A stretch of 63,722 bases of DNA, filler included, from Octopus bimaculoides (Eukaryota): NCBI RefSeq assembly GCF_001194135.2. It is 5 parts of 4 records of this genome, joined end to end, with 100 filler letters (N's around TTAATTAATTAA, not from the genome) between each part and the next. Parts side by side here need not be neighbours in the genome. Positions count along the whole stretch, not along the records: positions 29,800 to 53,027 come from NC_068981.1; 4 more parts are not named here. The stretch is one strand, 5' to 3'. Within the stretch, counting starts at the first letter, position 1, and every line of letters begins with the position of its first letter. The position numbers and the translations under genes are program-made. Positions 34,521-47,519 of the stretch are shown piece by piece. Below the pieces are notes generated by a model. It had not been told where the DNA came from and made no database searches. It was given only the letters and a program-made list of their open reading frames with translations.

Positions 34521-35501
34521 TCTTTGTCAATATGCTGAAAAATAGACGCTAAATTGTCTAAGCAGATAAAATATTTTCACCACGTGCCGAAACAAAGAAA
34601 ACAAGCTAACAGAAATACATAAAAATATAGTTATCTCTGAATCGGTTCCGATTTTTGGATTAACCTCAAAAGGATTCTTCCTTCATCAGCGACGAACACA
34701 AAATAAAAATAAATGAAATACTTAGACATGCCCAAGGAAAAAAAAAGATGTAAAATCATGAGTACGTTTAAGTGCCCCAAATATAGCTAAAACAAAATCC
34801 CGTAGCAAGCCTCGGCACAAGTGTGGTCGGTCAGGAAACGCATACAAGTGGTTAACCAGTCCCGGACTGAATGAAAATGAATTTACTTCTAATATAAGGA
34901 TATAATTTTATCAAAAAATTTCATCAGTGGCCAGCATATGAAAAATACCTTTTAAAGTGAAAATTATACAGTTATAATTAAAAGAAAAAAATTTCTTTGC
35001 CAATATGCTGAAAATAGACGCTAAATTGTCTAACCAGATAAAAAAAATTCACTTGTATTATTACAACACATGCTGAAGCGAAGAAAGCAAGCTAAATAGA
35101 AATTCATAATCCAATAGAAATTCATAATTCTTCCTTCATCAGCTAGGAACACGAAATGAAAATTAATGGAATACTTAGGCATATCCACGGAAAAGCAGAT
35201 GCAAAAGCATGCATACATTTAAGTACCCCAAATATATCCAAAACGAAATTCCGTAGCAAGTCTTGACACAAGTGTAGTCGGTCAGGAAGCGCACACGCTT
35301 CGGCACGTGGTATAATACAAGTGAAAATATTTTATGTGGTTAGACGATTTAGCATCTATTTTTCAGCATATTGGCAAAGAAAGTTTTTTCTTTTTGTCTT
35401 TTTGCTCTTATTTATAATTGTATAATTTTCATCTTAAAAGGTATTTTTCATATACTGGCTACCGATAAAAATTTTAATAAAATTTTATTCTCATATTAGA
35501 A

Positions 35502-35505
<4 letters not shown>
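34520..35505. repeat. Foldback element (about 200-bp arms at 34883-35085 and 35301-35505) preceded by a partial direct copy (34520-34850)
   Basis: TTTCTTTG(T/C)CAATATGCTGAAAA.TAGACGCTAAATTGTCTAA at 34521 and 34992, inverted at ~35340-35380; outer ends CTTCTAATAT / ATATTAGAAG. Confidence 0.75.
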
Positions 35506-35540
<35 letters not shown>

Positions 35541-36127
35541 NNNNNNNNNNNNNNNNNNNNNNNNNNNNNNNNNNNNNNNNNNNNNNNNNNNNNNNNNNNN
35601 NNNNNNNNNNNNNNNNNNNNNNNNNNNNNNNNNNNNNNNNNNNNNNNNNNNNNNNNNNNNNNNNNNNNNNNNNNNNNNNNNNNNNNNNNNNNNNNNNNNN
35701 NNNNNNNNNNNNNNNNNNNNNNNNNNNNNNNNNNNNNNNNNNNNNNNNNNNNNNNNNNNNNNNNNNNNNNNNNNNNNNNNNNNNNNNNNNNNNNNNNNNN
35801 NNNNNNNNNNNNNNNNNNNNNNNNNNNNNNNNNNNNNNNNNNNNNNNNNNNNNNNNNNNNNNNNNNNNNNNNNNNNNNNNNNNNNNNNNNNNNNNNNNNN
35901 NNNNNNNNNNNNNNNNNNNNNNNNNNNNNNNNNNNNNNNNNNNNNNNNNNNNNNNNNNNNNNNNNNNNNNNNNNNNNNNNNNNNNNNNNNNNNNNNNNNN
36001 NNNNNNNNNNNNNNNNNNNNNNNNNNNNNNNNNNNNNNNNNNNNNNNNNNNNNTATATATATATATATATATGTATGTATGTGTGTGTGCGTGCGTGTGT
36101 ATGTATGTATGTGTGTGTGTGTGTGGT

Positions 36128-36325
36128 CTGCACACCGGGCGAAATGCTTAGCGGGTATTTCGTCTGTCTTCACGTTCTGGGTTCAAATTCCGCCGAGGTC
36201 GACTTTGCTTTTCATCCTTACGGGGTCGATAAATTCAGTACCAACGAAACACTGGGATCGATGTAATCGACTTGTCCCCTCCCCCAAAATATCCGCCCTT
36301 GTGCCTTTAGTAAAAAAGGATTATT
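36128..36325 (+). mobile_element. SINE family D
   Basis: Matches 8011-8224; diverged copies follow at 36790-37015, 37070-37200 and 39085-39290. Confidence 0.85.
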
Positions 36326-37519
36326 AATTATACTAGTGTGTGCAGGCTGGCTGGTAGAATAGGTATAGAGTACTAATCAAAATACTTTACAGTGCTTAGC
36401 TAAATCCTTTCGCGCCCCATGTTCAATTCGGCTTTCCATTCTCTCATATTGATAAAATAATTACGTTTCAAGTTCTGTAGTTTAGTTTTAATGAGCAAAC
36501 TCCCTCTCCTCAATTTGTTGTCTCGTTATTCTTCTTTGCATCTTTGTTCTAGAAGCTGTTGTTATTCTCGTTTAGCTCCAGATCAACCTTGATTGGGTAG
36601 AAGTATGATGAGAGTGTTCCAACTATAATAATATTATGCTTCTTTCCTAGACATAACGTAAGACTATTTATACTATATGATCTCACATTGTTTTTAAAGA
36701 GCAGGTAAGGTGCGGTTAGAGGAAGATTAAGCTGTCTAATTATCAGTGATATTTTATCACTTATCTCGTTTTCTTTTCTCTTGTATTATCATTATTTTAA
36801 TATATAGAAGTGAGTTAGCTGAATTGTGAGAATGTCGGACAAAATGCATTGCCGTATTTGTTTCGACTCTACGATCTGAGTTTAAATTTCGTCGATGTTA
36901 GTTTTGCCTTTCAGAATCGGTAAAATAAAGTCTCAGTCAAGTACTAGAGCCGATACAATTGGCTAATGCCGATCTCCAAATTTGTAGGCCTTGTGCCTTT
37001 GTTAGAAACAATTATTATGATACCAGTAAAAGGCGTGATGTGATATAAATAGTTGATAGTTGTACTGAAGGTTTAAAATATTTAGCCTTCGATGTTCTGA
37101 ATTCAAATCCTCTCCTATCCAATAAATTGCATCAGTTATATAGTGGATTCAGTTCAATCGACACAGCGCTCTCCAGATTATTGGCTTTGTGCCACATAAA
37201 TGATTCATTCTCATAACGGATAGAGAAGGTGGAAGGTGACATAAAGAAACATAAGAATATTGGAGTGAATTATTAACGGTATTTGGTTTTATTCCTTTTC
37301 ACTCTTAGCTCATATCCTGCAACTGATGATTTTTCATGCCTCGTTTTCTTTGTTATTCCCTTGTTTAATTTCTTGAAACTGAGTTTTAATTCTGTTGCGT
37401 ATGTTAATGGTGTTTTATCTTTGAGGCTATCTCTAGTTTTCATTAGATTGGCTATTTCAGTTGTGTAATTGGAGTTGTATTATTATGTTGCCTTGTGAAT
37501 TTTGTTTATTACTTTTTTG

Positions 37520-37603
37520 GATGTGCAACAGCGCTGCACAGGGAAAATAACATTAAAATTCATAATTTAATTTTGTTTTCCCTGTGCAGCACTGCTGCAC
37601 ATC
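37520..37603. repeat. 84-bp hairpin with internally palindromic arms (MITE-like)
   Basis: GATGTGCAACAGCGCTGCACAGGGAAAA..TTTTCCCTGTGCAGCACTGCTGCACATC. Confidence 0.8.
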
Positions 37604-37879
37604 AATAAATAGACTCTACATGATTTGCATATATATCACAAACCAGCGATCGCAATTTGTTCCGCGGTGACTCGAGCGTATGGTACTGAGGAGCTGTAAA
37701 ATACAACGAAATATTGATATCTACCGTAAGGAGTGCCTGAACAAAACGCATATAGTATGTGGTATTGATAACGTTAACACACACACACACACACACACAC
37801 ACACGTATGCATGTATGTATGTATGTATGTATGTGTGTGTGTGTGTGTGTGGGTGTGTGTGCATGTGTGTGTGTGTGTG

Positions 37880-38600
37880 TGTGTATTTGTGTGGGTCTAG
37901 CCAGGCTTTTGGCATTGGGGTGTTATATGAGTCTTTAGGTGAGCTGTACTGGGGTTGAAGCGTCATTTCCTGTATCATCGCAATGTAAATGTTATGTATG
38001 TAGTGAAAGTCTTTAGTTCTATAAAAATTTCTATTGTTCTTGATAGTTTAACGGAAGGCGAAACTGATCGAGGAGATTTCTGACAAGCAATTCCATTATA
38101 ACCATATTGCGTTTTTTCCCGACATTGTACCCCAGAAAACAACTTAACGTGTTCTTCTATTAACATGGAAGGGTATGGCTTGACTTGTTCCTTACACGTT
38201 CGGCGGTCGCATAGGAGCTCTTTTTTTGGCTCCTGGTGCTTCTTGGTACCTATTTACGTTGGCTGACAATGAAGGGAATTGATGTCAGCTGGACTTTATT
38301 CCTGTTTTCGATGCCAGTTAGCTAGAGTGTTGATTGGCGTTCATTTTCTTTATTATGTTAGTTAGCTGGTGCCGGCTGTTTTTAGTATGATTGTATTCGA
38401 TGTTGGTTTTGATGATTATTCTTGCTGGTTCGATTATGAATATATTGTTTTGGTTGTGGTCGATGTTAGTATTGATTATATTTTCTATTGGTTGGTATTT
38501 GGGTAAATTTGTGGTATTGAGCAAAATATTTACTGTAGCCCATCTTTTATACCAAGTCACAACAATGTACATGGTAACAGTTAAGATCAGAAGCCAAGAG
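37880..38600 (-). mobile_element. Possible decayed 5' ORF region of an R4/Dong-like LINE
   Basis: A-rich Asn/Ile/Lys-biased broken frames on minus, similar to pieces at 32000-32290 and 37270-37510; no catalytic motif seen. Confidence 0.3.
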
Positions 38601-38630
38601 AGCCACTGTCTGGTACTGCATCAGGGCAAA

Positions 38631-38713
<83 letters not shown>

Positions 38714-39426
38714 ACATTTGTTAGTTTCAGGCAAATTTCTACTGCATCACCTGCTGCACCTCTCTGTTGCTGGGGTGTGCACCGCATTGTGTGATCTTGT
38801 TTGTTGTTGGGGGAGTGCAAACTCTTCCCGGTATTATATTGCGCCAGTTTGATTTGTTATGGGTCTGTTCGCAGTCTTTTTTTTGTATTAGTGTTTGTAT
38901 GGTGTGTTGTGTGCATAATGCGGACTGTGTTCTTCTGTTAGGTATTTTTCCTACCCTGCCTGCCTCAGAATTTTTGGCTCAAGAATTAGATTGAACAGTC
39001 ATCTGTCAGTTCACCAGTAAAAACGCCATCAACCTTGATGGACAGCTAAGAAAAAAATAAAAAAGAAAGAATATTAAATTGTGATTAAAACAGTGGATAG
39101 TAAAAGCGACAGAATGTTGGAAAAGATACCTTACTGTATTTAGTTATGTCTACGTTGGGAGTTCAGATCCCACTGGGTTAGCTAATGGCTTTCACCTTTC
39201 GAATGTTGATAAAATGCATTTTCTCTCAAGAACTGGGAATCGATATAGTCGTGTATTTCCTGATCTAGAATTTCAAGCCTTGTATCAATCTTACAAATCC
39301 AATTCTATCAATCTTTGTTCTTATATTGTCACTATCGGAGTAGCCATTAAAAGGACATACATACACAACGACACACGTTAATTATGTTCTCTTGATAGAC
39401 ATTTTTTTACTTTAGAGTTGCTTCTA

Positions 39427-39725
39427 TTGCATAATTCGAATCTATTCTGCATATTCGGCGCCTTTGCCAGCCAGTGTATAGTTTATATACTACCTGTATA
39501 TGCTTCGCTCTAGCTGATTCGATTCTGTTTCGGAAGTGACACGAATACGTAACAAGACCGCAATTCGTATCTGCCGCTCACGAGGTCATTTCTAGATTAA
39601 TTTCATCTTGCCTATCTCTGCAGTGTGTGTGTGTGTGTGTATGCACGCGTGTATATATATATGTAACACAATACGTCTATAAAGAGTTTTTTTCCTGGAC
39701 GAAAGCATCAACTTCTAGCGTTTCA
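39427..39725. repeat. Interspersed repeat family F, copy lacking the hairpin insertion
   Basis: See 11970-12350. Confidence 0.65.
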
Positions 39726-41354
39726 ACTATACACATACATTAAGTATGTTGTATCGATAGAGATAAATTTTTGTATGAAAATATATAATGTAAGGCAGAC
39801 ATATAGCTAGCTAGCGGGCTATATATGTAAAGAGAAAGAAAGTGAAGACAGACAGTCAGACTGAGAGGAAAAACACATTAGTCAATTATGTGTAGGTGTA
39901 AAGCCAGTTAATATGATGAACTCCCTATCTTTCTCTGTCTATAACAGACCCCAACCCTCTAAAAAAGGGACGTAGACTTTAATATAGAGAGATTATATGT
40001 AATTTTGAAAGTTTGAGCATGTGCATCAAAGCCTGCATTTGGAGATAAGGAGCCCAGAGTGCTTGCTGTGATTTGTGAGGAGCGAAATACCTATCTTGAG
40101 GAAATCTTTTTAAGTAATGCTATTTAACTAGCAGCAATGAAAGCGAGGTATCAAAGATAGTTACGCGGTTTTTTTTCTCTTCTACAAGGAAAAAAAAATA
40201 ATAGTGAAATGTGAAGAAATGAATGATGGCGTGAAGGATGTTGATTGTTCCTTCATCACTGCTGAGGGGCGTTGAGGAGGCACCGTCATGGTAGCTGCGG
40301 TAATTGCAATAATAGTGGAGCTGTTTATATGAAGAGCGCTCGAAACATCAGCTGTAACAACCGCAACAACAGCACCAAAAAAACCCCCTCAAAAGCATCA
40401 AAACCACGCCCGCAGTTGATAGTGATACCTCCTCCACTGCTACCAACAGCACGTAAAGAAGGGATCCTAAACATGGGTGTACGACCTGCTAGAAATAACA
40501 GCCAAATTTCCCTCAAATCGAATTTAACCGATGTGAAAAGAGAGAGAATGAACTCTTAGATATACAATACCCAAGGGAAGGACAAGGCAGCCAGAATTAA
40601 AATGCTTTTGATTGTAGGTCTATTCCGTTGAGCTGACCTAACTCTTAACACACAACAACAACAACACACTAACAGGTTCAAGAAAGTGTTGCTGTGCTCA
40701 GAAATACAACAAAGTACCAATAACGAATTTGAATTCCCAAATAAAGTATTCGTGGTCCAAACTCTGTCCTCTCGGCTACTTCACACATACAAGCGGATAG
40801 CTTGAGCGTTTCAGTTATAGATTCACTGATGCTGGCCAAAGCACAAATTTCGTGACTCAGGCTACTTGGCTGTAAATATGTATCATGCGTTGACGTGTCC
40901 CACTATTTTAACCGTCAAATCTATATTATCAACCGAAAGATTTCGTTGGCTTGAAATCTATATTATAATGATTGAAGAAGTACAGGACTGTGTCCAGTTT
41001 ATTTTTTCCCTCACGTTATTAAAAAAAAAGCAAATTACTTTGAAGAAATTATAAATGAATATTAGAAAATTTTTAAACTTAAATTATAATGCTTAATATT
41101 ACAAGATTCACTTCTGTTTTAAATGTCAACTTCCGTTTGAATTCCAAATGTAAACAAATAGCTTTTCTTCGAGTAAAAATGTAATAAAGCGAAAAAAAAA
41201 AACAAAACAACAAAACAAGTGAGTAAATTATTCTTAAAAGTATTACGTCGTGCAAAAACAATAATCCCTGTCTAATAGAATTAAGTTTTCAAATTGTGTT
41301 AGACTGCGGTTATGCTGGAGTACCACCTTGAAATTATTTAGTTAATGATGTCAT

Positions 41355-41450
41355 CTTCCAACACAGTTCTTCGCACATGATCAGATGTATGTTGCATTAT
41401 CAAGAGAGTCAAGAAAATATACAAATATTAGCCGAGATAAACGAAAAGGA
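41355..41450 (+). mobile_element. Helitron PIF1-like helicase C-terminal motif relic
   Basis: QFFAHDQMYVALSRES resembles the F.HGQLYVALSR motif. Confidence 0.55.
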
Positions 41451-41924
41451 TCCATTTGCTGATAGTTGTGTCTGCAAAAAAAAAAAAAAAAAAATTCTAC
41501 AGTGATGTGAGACATTTATTACTCATTTTTTATTGAAATGTATTTAAGTTTCTTTTTAATTGCTAAGAAAAGGACACTAGAAACACTTAAGACGTGTATA
41601 ATTGAATACAATGAAACAACAATATAGCAAAACTCAACTCTTCGTTTTGGTAAATATAATTCATTAATTTCCACCAGAGCATCTATTTTAAAATTCACTC
41701 AAGTGAAGACTTATGAATATTTTTTCCTTGACAGCCTCATCTCTTTTCCAATTTTCATCATCGTCTTTTTTAAATGTATCATGGATTATTTTACTGATTA
41801 CAGAATAAACTATAATAAAGACTTATTATTTGAAAAAAAGTAAATAAAATTAAGGGGAGGTAAGTAGTAAAAGAAACAGTTTACTTTTTATACAGCATAA
41901 AGACTGGCGATCGTCGCCAGATAG

Positions 41925-42262
41925 TTAACACAATTATACCAGAGAAACTCATGCAGATATGAAACAAACAATTCATCCGTTGTCCCAGACTCGTCTCAAC
42001 TTCCGTTTCACCCGCATCCACATATTTTCCACATTTTGTGTGTGGACGTCTTGATCATGAGGATCAACAAAATGTTGTTGGTCTATAATCACCTAGTGAG
42101 TGTAGGCACCACCATTGAGGATACCGATGTTATTATATGCTCGCCATCCATCGCTGACAATGTGAAACCCAAACAAAATCCACCTTTGTATCAGCTCAGT
42201 TAAAGTTTCTTCTGTGCGGTCAGGTGCTTCGACCAAAAAACACTTTCTTCAGACTCTCTCTA
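41925..42262 (-). mobile_element. Merlin (IS1595/ISXO2-like) transposase relic, C-terminal catalytic part
   Basis: ERESEESVFLVEAPDRTEETLTELIQRWI..IVSDGWRAY..FVDPHDQDVHTQNVENMWMRVKRKLRR..SYLHEFLW. Confidence 0.85.
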
Positions 42263-42365
42263 TGTCACCGAATACCCAATATCTCTTTGCTCCTTTTATT
42301 ACTTATCTTCCCCTTAATTTTTATTCACTTTTTTTAAAATATAACTAAACTGAACAATTACCCAG

Positions 42366-42780
42366 TCTTTACTCTTTTACTTCTTCAGTCATTTGACTGC
42401 GGCCATGCTGGAGCACCGCCTTTCGAAGAAAAAATCGACCCCAGGACTTATTCTTTGTAAGCCTAGTACTTTTTCTATCGGTCTCTTTTGCCGAACCGCT
42501 AGTTTACAGGGGACATAAACACACCAGCATCGGTTGTCAAGCGATGTTGTGTGTGTGTGTGCGGGGGGGACAAATACAGACACACATACACACACACACA
42601 CATATATACATATACATATATACGACGGGCTTCTTTCAGTTTCCATCTACCAAATCCACTCACAAGGCTTTGGTTGGCTCGAAGCTATAATAGAAGACAC
42701 TTGCCTAAGGTGCCACGCAGTGGGACTGAACCCAGAACCAAGTGGTTGGTAAGCAAGCTACTTACCACACAGCCACTCCT
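42366..42780 (-). mobile_element. SINE family B, full length
   Basis: Complete head-microsatellite-tail on minus. Confidence 0.9.
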
Positions 42781-43092
42781 TTGTTCAATTCATAAGCATA
42801 TTGTCAATTTACTCTATAATTTATGTATCATATCTATATGTCTACATAATATCAATTTGCGCAACACATATGCCAGCAGAAAAACGCCCGGGTGGAGGTT
42901 TTTCTGCTAGTTTGTTTAAAGATTCTATACTGGATTAATTCTTTTGTTTTATTGTTGTATGCAAATTCTACAATGAATTAATGCCTATTTTAGAGTTTTA
43001 CGTAAGACTGAAACACTTTGCCAGGTTGTACATTCTCCCTCTGTGTATGTATGTATGTATGTATGTATGTATGTATGTATGTATGTGTGTGC

Positions 43093-43123
<31 letters not shown>

Positions 43124-44849
43124 TGTGAGAGTGTGTGTGTGTGTGTACATATTATTCTTAAACAAGAATATTGTTGGCAGTAACTTCGAAGTTTCGACGG
43201 ACTATGGCTAAACTGACCGAAATATCGAAGTACCCTATGAGATTAATATAAAATTATTTTCATTATAACTGAACATAAACACACACACACACACACACAC
43301 ACACACNNNNNNNNNNNNNNNNNNNNNNNNNNNNNNNNNNNNNNNNNNNNNNNNNNNNNNNNNNNNNNNNNNNNNNNNNNNNNNNNNNNNNNNNNNNNNN
43401 NNNNNNNNNNNNNNNNNNNNNNNNNNNNNNNNNNNNNNNNNNNNNNNNNNNNNNNNNNNNNNNNNNNNNNNNNNNNNNNNNNNNNNNNNNNNNNNNNNNN
43501 NNNNNNNNNNNNNNNNNNNNNNNNNNNNNNNNNNNNNNNNNNNNNNNNNNNNNNNNNNNNNNNNNNNNNNNNNNNNNNNNNNNNNNNNNNNNNNNNNNNN
43601 NNNNNNNNNNNNNNNNNNNNNNNNNNNNNNNNNNNNNNNNNNNNNNNNNNNNNNNNNNNNNNNNNNNNNNNNNNNNNNNNNNNNNNNNNNNNNNNNNNNN
43701 NNNNNNNNNNNNNNNNNNNNNNNNNNNNNNNNNNNNNNNNNNNNNNNNNNNNNNNNNNNNNNNNNNNNNNNNNNNNNNNNNNNNNNNNNNNNNNNNNNNN
43801 NNNNNNNNNNNNNNNNNNNNNNNNNNNNNNNNNNNNNNNNNNNNNNNNNNNNNNNNNNNNNNNNNNNNNNNNNNNNNNNNNNNNNNNNNNNNNNNNNNNN
43901 NNNNNNNNNNNNNNNNNNNNNNNNNNNNNNNNNNNNNNNNNNNNNNNNNNNNNNNNNNNNNNNNNNNNNNNNNNNNNNNNNNNNNNNNNNNNNNNNNNNN
44001 NNNNNNNNNNNNNNNNNNNNNNNNNNNNNNNNNNNNNNNNNNNNNNNNNNNNNNNNNNNNNNNNNNNNNNNNNNNNNNNNNNNNNNNNNNNNNNNNTTCA
44101 AACATAGTCTTGCCTATCACATTTTAGCCTCGTGTAATATATATATACATATATACATGTATATTGTAACTTTTTTCAAACATAGTCTTGCCTATCACAT
44201 TTTAGCCTCGTGTAATATATATATACATATATTTTTTCGTTTTTCAATATTAATATGTATATATATAACTCTGTATGTTTTTTTCTACTAGTCCACCTGT
44301 TACGTTATATTCTACTATACACATGTGGCCCTGTTTATTATACTTTGTCTTGACCTGTTACTATTTTTTAAAACATATCCGTTATCTTTTCATTCTTATT
44401 TTTATGTTATAGTTTACCGCGCATATAGACGTGCATACACATTGATATATCTGTCTTTTTCCCCCTTCCGTCTCTCTTACTATTATCATTACTGTTATTT
44501 TTCCCTCTGTTAAAACTTGCTTGCAAATATTCGATTATTTTCCCTATTACCTCACTTGTAGTCTCCCGTATTGTATCTTATTTTACTTTATTTTATCAAA
44601 TCTTTTTTGATGTCCTTACAAAAATTCTTCTCACTGATAAAAATGACAATGCATAAATTTAATCATAGTTACTATGGCTATAATTTTTTTCTTACATGTT
44701 TGTATTGTCCTTTGAAACGCGCGTATGTATTGAATCCTATTTTGTATTAAATCTAATTTTGATTCAATATCTTTTTCTCCTCCATTTTTTAAATAATTGT
44801 TTATGGTATTTTTATACCTATGACGATATTTTTCAACTATATATATATA

Positions 44850-45200
44850 TATGGCTGTTATTTCTTTTCGTTCTTGGACTCCCCAAGCTCGCACGGACTT
44901 CTTTGCCCCTCCTGTTCGTGCTTCACAGCGTTCAATACATACACACTTCACGTCTGACTGTACAGCCTTTTTGCTTGTTTGTTTATTCACCGTTTCGTTT
45001 TCCTGTCTTGTTTTCCGTCCGCCACTACCCTCCACGAAAATAATTTAATTTGTGTTCGTGGGAAGAACCATTTCAACGATGCGTACTGCCTTAATTCTTC
45101 GAAACGCCGGTGTTTTAATGGTGGCAGCTGATGAAGGATATGTTTCTACGTGGCTTGCTTGTTTGTTGTACCTTGTTTATCATTTTGTCCATGTTCTTTT
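44850..45200 (+). repeat. Diverged relative of the 28.7-29.6 kb PLE-UTR-like repeat
   Basis: Shared GCACGGAC and CACAGCGTTCA; ends with GAAAC..CTGATGAAGG in the same order. Confidence 0.4.
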
Positions 45201-45458
45201 GCCACGTCATGTACCCAGTTATGTATCTATATGTACATGTAGATGAAGGTATGTACATACATGTACATATATATGCATANNNNNNNNNNNNNNNNNNNNN
45301 NNNNNNNNNNNNNNNNNNNNNNNNNNNNNNNNNNNNNNNNNNNNNNNNNNNNNNNNNNNNNNNNNNNNNNNNNNNNNNNNNNNNNNNNNNNNNNNNNNNN
45401 NNNNNNNNNNNNNNNNNNNNNNNNNNNNNNNNNNNNNNNNNNNNNNNNNNNNNNNNNN

Positions 45459-45490
<32 letters not shown>

Positions 45491-45740
45491 AATATACAGG
45501 CATAGGAAGAGAGAGACAGAGAGAGAGAACTATGTAGCCAAGTTATACCTTCTGATATCAGTATCTCTACTTGCACCATACAAAATCCTCCGTTTTAAAG
45601 TATTAATATATTCTATAAATTTAGATCTTCCATAATAACTGTATATAAGAACTTTTGTATTAAGATATGTTTCAAACATGATGATGAAAAAAAAAAATTA
45701 TTACATATTGTACTAAATTCCTCCAGATACCTGATTATTT

Positions 45741-45932
45741 TCAAATTAAGTGCAACGGACAGGATATGTATTTCATTAGAAATATAGCCAGAGTGGGGTT
45801 AATATGCTCATATATACTTGTTATCATACAAAACATTGGCATAATAGCAGTATACTCAAATGACATCGAATATGATTTGATCTGATAAATTCTTGTATGT
45901 TCTGATAAATTGAGAGAAATATGTAAACTCGA
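45741..45932 (-). CDS. Candidate terminal exon 4 of 4, unknown protein
   Basis: Long polypyrimidine tract with TTTAG acceptor, 63 codons to TGA: SSLHISLNLSEHTRIYQ..CPLHLI*. Confidence 0.38.
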   Translation of the reverse strand, partial: SSLHISLNLSEHTRIYQIKSYSMSFEYTAIMPMFCMITSIYEHINPTLAIFLMKYISCPLHLI

Positions 45933-46277
45933 CTAAAGAAAAAAATAAAAGAAGAAAAGAAAAATGAATGAAGAATAAAATGACTGATGTCCTTCCCGCA
46001 ATATTTGTTTCGGAGAGTGAATATCATTAAATCGTTCTAAGGAAATTTATGTATAACAGTACAAAGCATAGGAATTAGTTCTATGTAAAAATATATATCT
46101 AGCCATTCTTTAGAATAATTTATAACCCTCTAGAGGATATAATTTCTTTAGTATAATTTATGACTCTCCAGAGAATATAATTAAAACATATTTTAGAGAA
46201 ACGCTGGAAATATATTCTTAAATAGGCTAAATTAATTAAATGACCATGGTAGATGAAAATATATCCTTCTATAATAC

Positions 46278-46424
46278 CTTGAATAAAAAACTTGTGTAAT
46301 TACTCCATGATAAAGCAATCGGTAATAGTCTCATACTTTTAATCAATATCTTGCAAGACATTTGATGTACCAGTATTGGTACAAAACTTTTGATTATTAA
46401 TTGGTCACTAGAGGAAATTTGTTC
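46278..46424 (-). CDS. Candidate exon 3 of 4, unknown protein
   Basis: TTTCTTTCTTCTTCAAAG acceptor, AAG/GTATTA donor, 147 nt phase 0-0: EQISSSDQLIIKSFVPILVH..SFLFK. Confidence 0.45.
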
Positions 46425-46665
46425 CTTTGAAGAAGAAAGAAAAAAAATCCAAAAATAAAACAAAAAACAAAACAAAGAAGAGACTGACCAATTTACTGGA
46501 TATTTGTACATCAATAGCGCACTATACATGAATTAGCATATAATAAGCAACTTCCTCTAAATATCAGCAAAGTACTATTGTTTTCTAATGCATAAATCTA
46601 TAGTAACGAACATCTAGAATATTATCTTTAAGCAGAGTTGTTCCAGATGAATTCATCCCACGTAC

Positions 46666-46844
46666 AAACGAGATTAAAAGACTGAATAATTTCTTATAAA
46701 AATGGGTAGGCGTACGATTAAAACTTTTCATTAAATCTTGCTTAGAAAGCCAGATATTAGTAAAGAGAACAGAAATTGGTAATATTTTAGGTGTTACTGG
46801 TCTGTCTGATGTGAGTGTCACATCAAATACCAGTGAAAATACAT
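46666..46844 (-). CDS. Candidate exon 2 of 4, unknown protein
   Basis: ATATAG acceptor (weak), GTACGT donor, 179 nt, phase matches both neighbours: VFSLVFDVTLTSDRPVTPKILP..KKLFSLLISF. Confidence 0.4.
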
Positions 46845-46931
46845 CTATATCCACCAGATAAAACATCAGCAATTATTGCACTTTGATTATAGGGTTAACT
46901 CCATAGTAATAATGATTTAGTATATGCTTAC

Positions 46932-47091
46932 ATGAATAAATGCGTACATAGCGACATTCATGAAAAAGAAACTGCTGATGCAAATGCTCAAAATTTAGTT
47001 GATTGAATATATTTAAATTATACAACGCTTTTCGAATATTGTGTACTTGATTAAAAAATCTGAATTTCTCCCAGTGTACAGCGTACAGACA
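46932..47091 (-). CDS. Candidate exon 1 of 4, unknown protein
   Basis: TCTTTTTCCCCCAG acceptor, GTAAGC donor, 160 nt open: CLYAVHWEKFRFFNQVH..ECRYVRIYS. Confidence 0.4.
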
Positions 47092-47519
47092 CTGGGGGAA
47101 AAAGACACATTACATAATATAATCAAATGTATAATATCCATGATAAAAAATGGCGGAATGGTCAAGTGTGCTCGATTAGGAACAAAACAAAAGAAGAACA
47201 AAATCCCTTGTTCAGTCGAATTCAATTAAAGTAGGACTTTTGTACATATGGATTCATGCATGCACATACATACATGCATACATACATACATACATACATA
47301 CATACATACGTACGTACGTACATACATACATACATACATACATGCATGCATGCATGAATACGCACATATATGCACAGATACATACGTACAAACATGAATA
47401 CATACATATGCACGTACTTACGTGCATACATATATAACCAAATATAGTTGAAATAAAAAAGATAATGGTGACAGGATATCAATTAACAATAATCTTTTTT
47501 AACACCTTAAATTTCTTTC

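Noticed and set aside
40325-40360. ATGAAGAGCGCTCGAAAC as a hammerhead
   Set aside because: No CUGA core, loopless stem II, no stem I
44097-44232. About 58-bp direct duplication right after a gap
   Set aside because: Likely contig-end overlap artefact; cannot be distinguished without reads
44690-44730. GAAACGCGCGTA as a hammerhead stem III
   Set aside because: Palindromic stem and GUA present, but no recognisable core upstream
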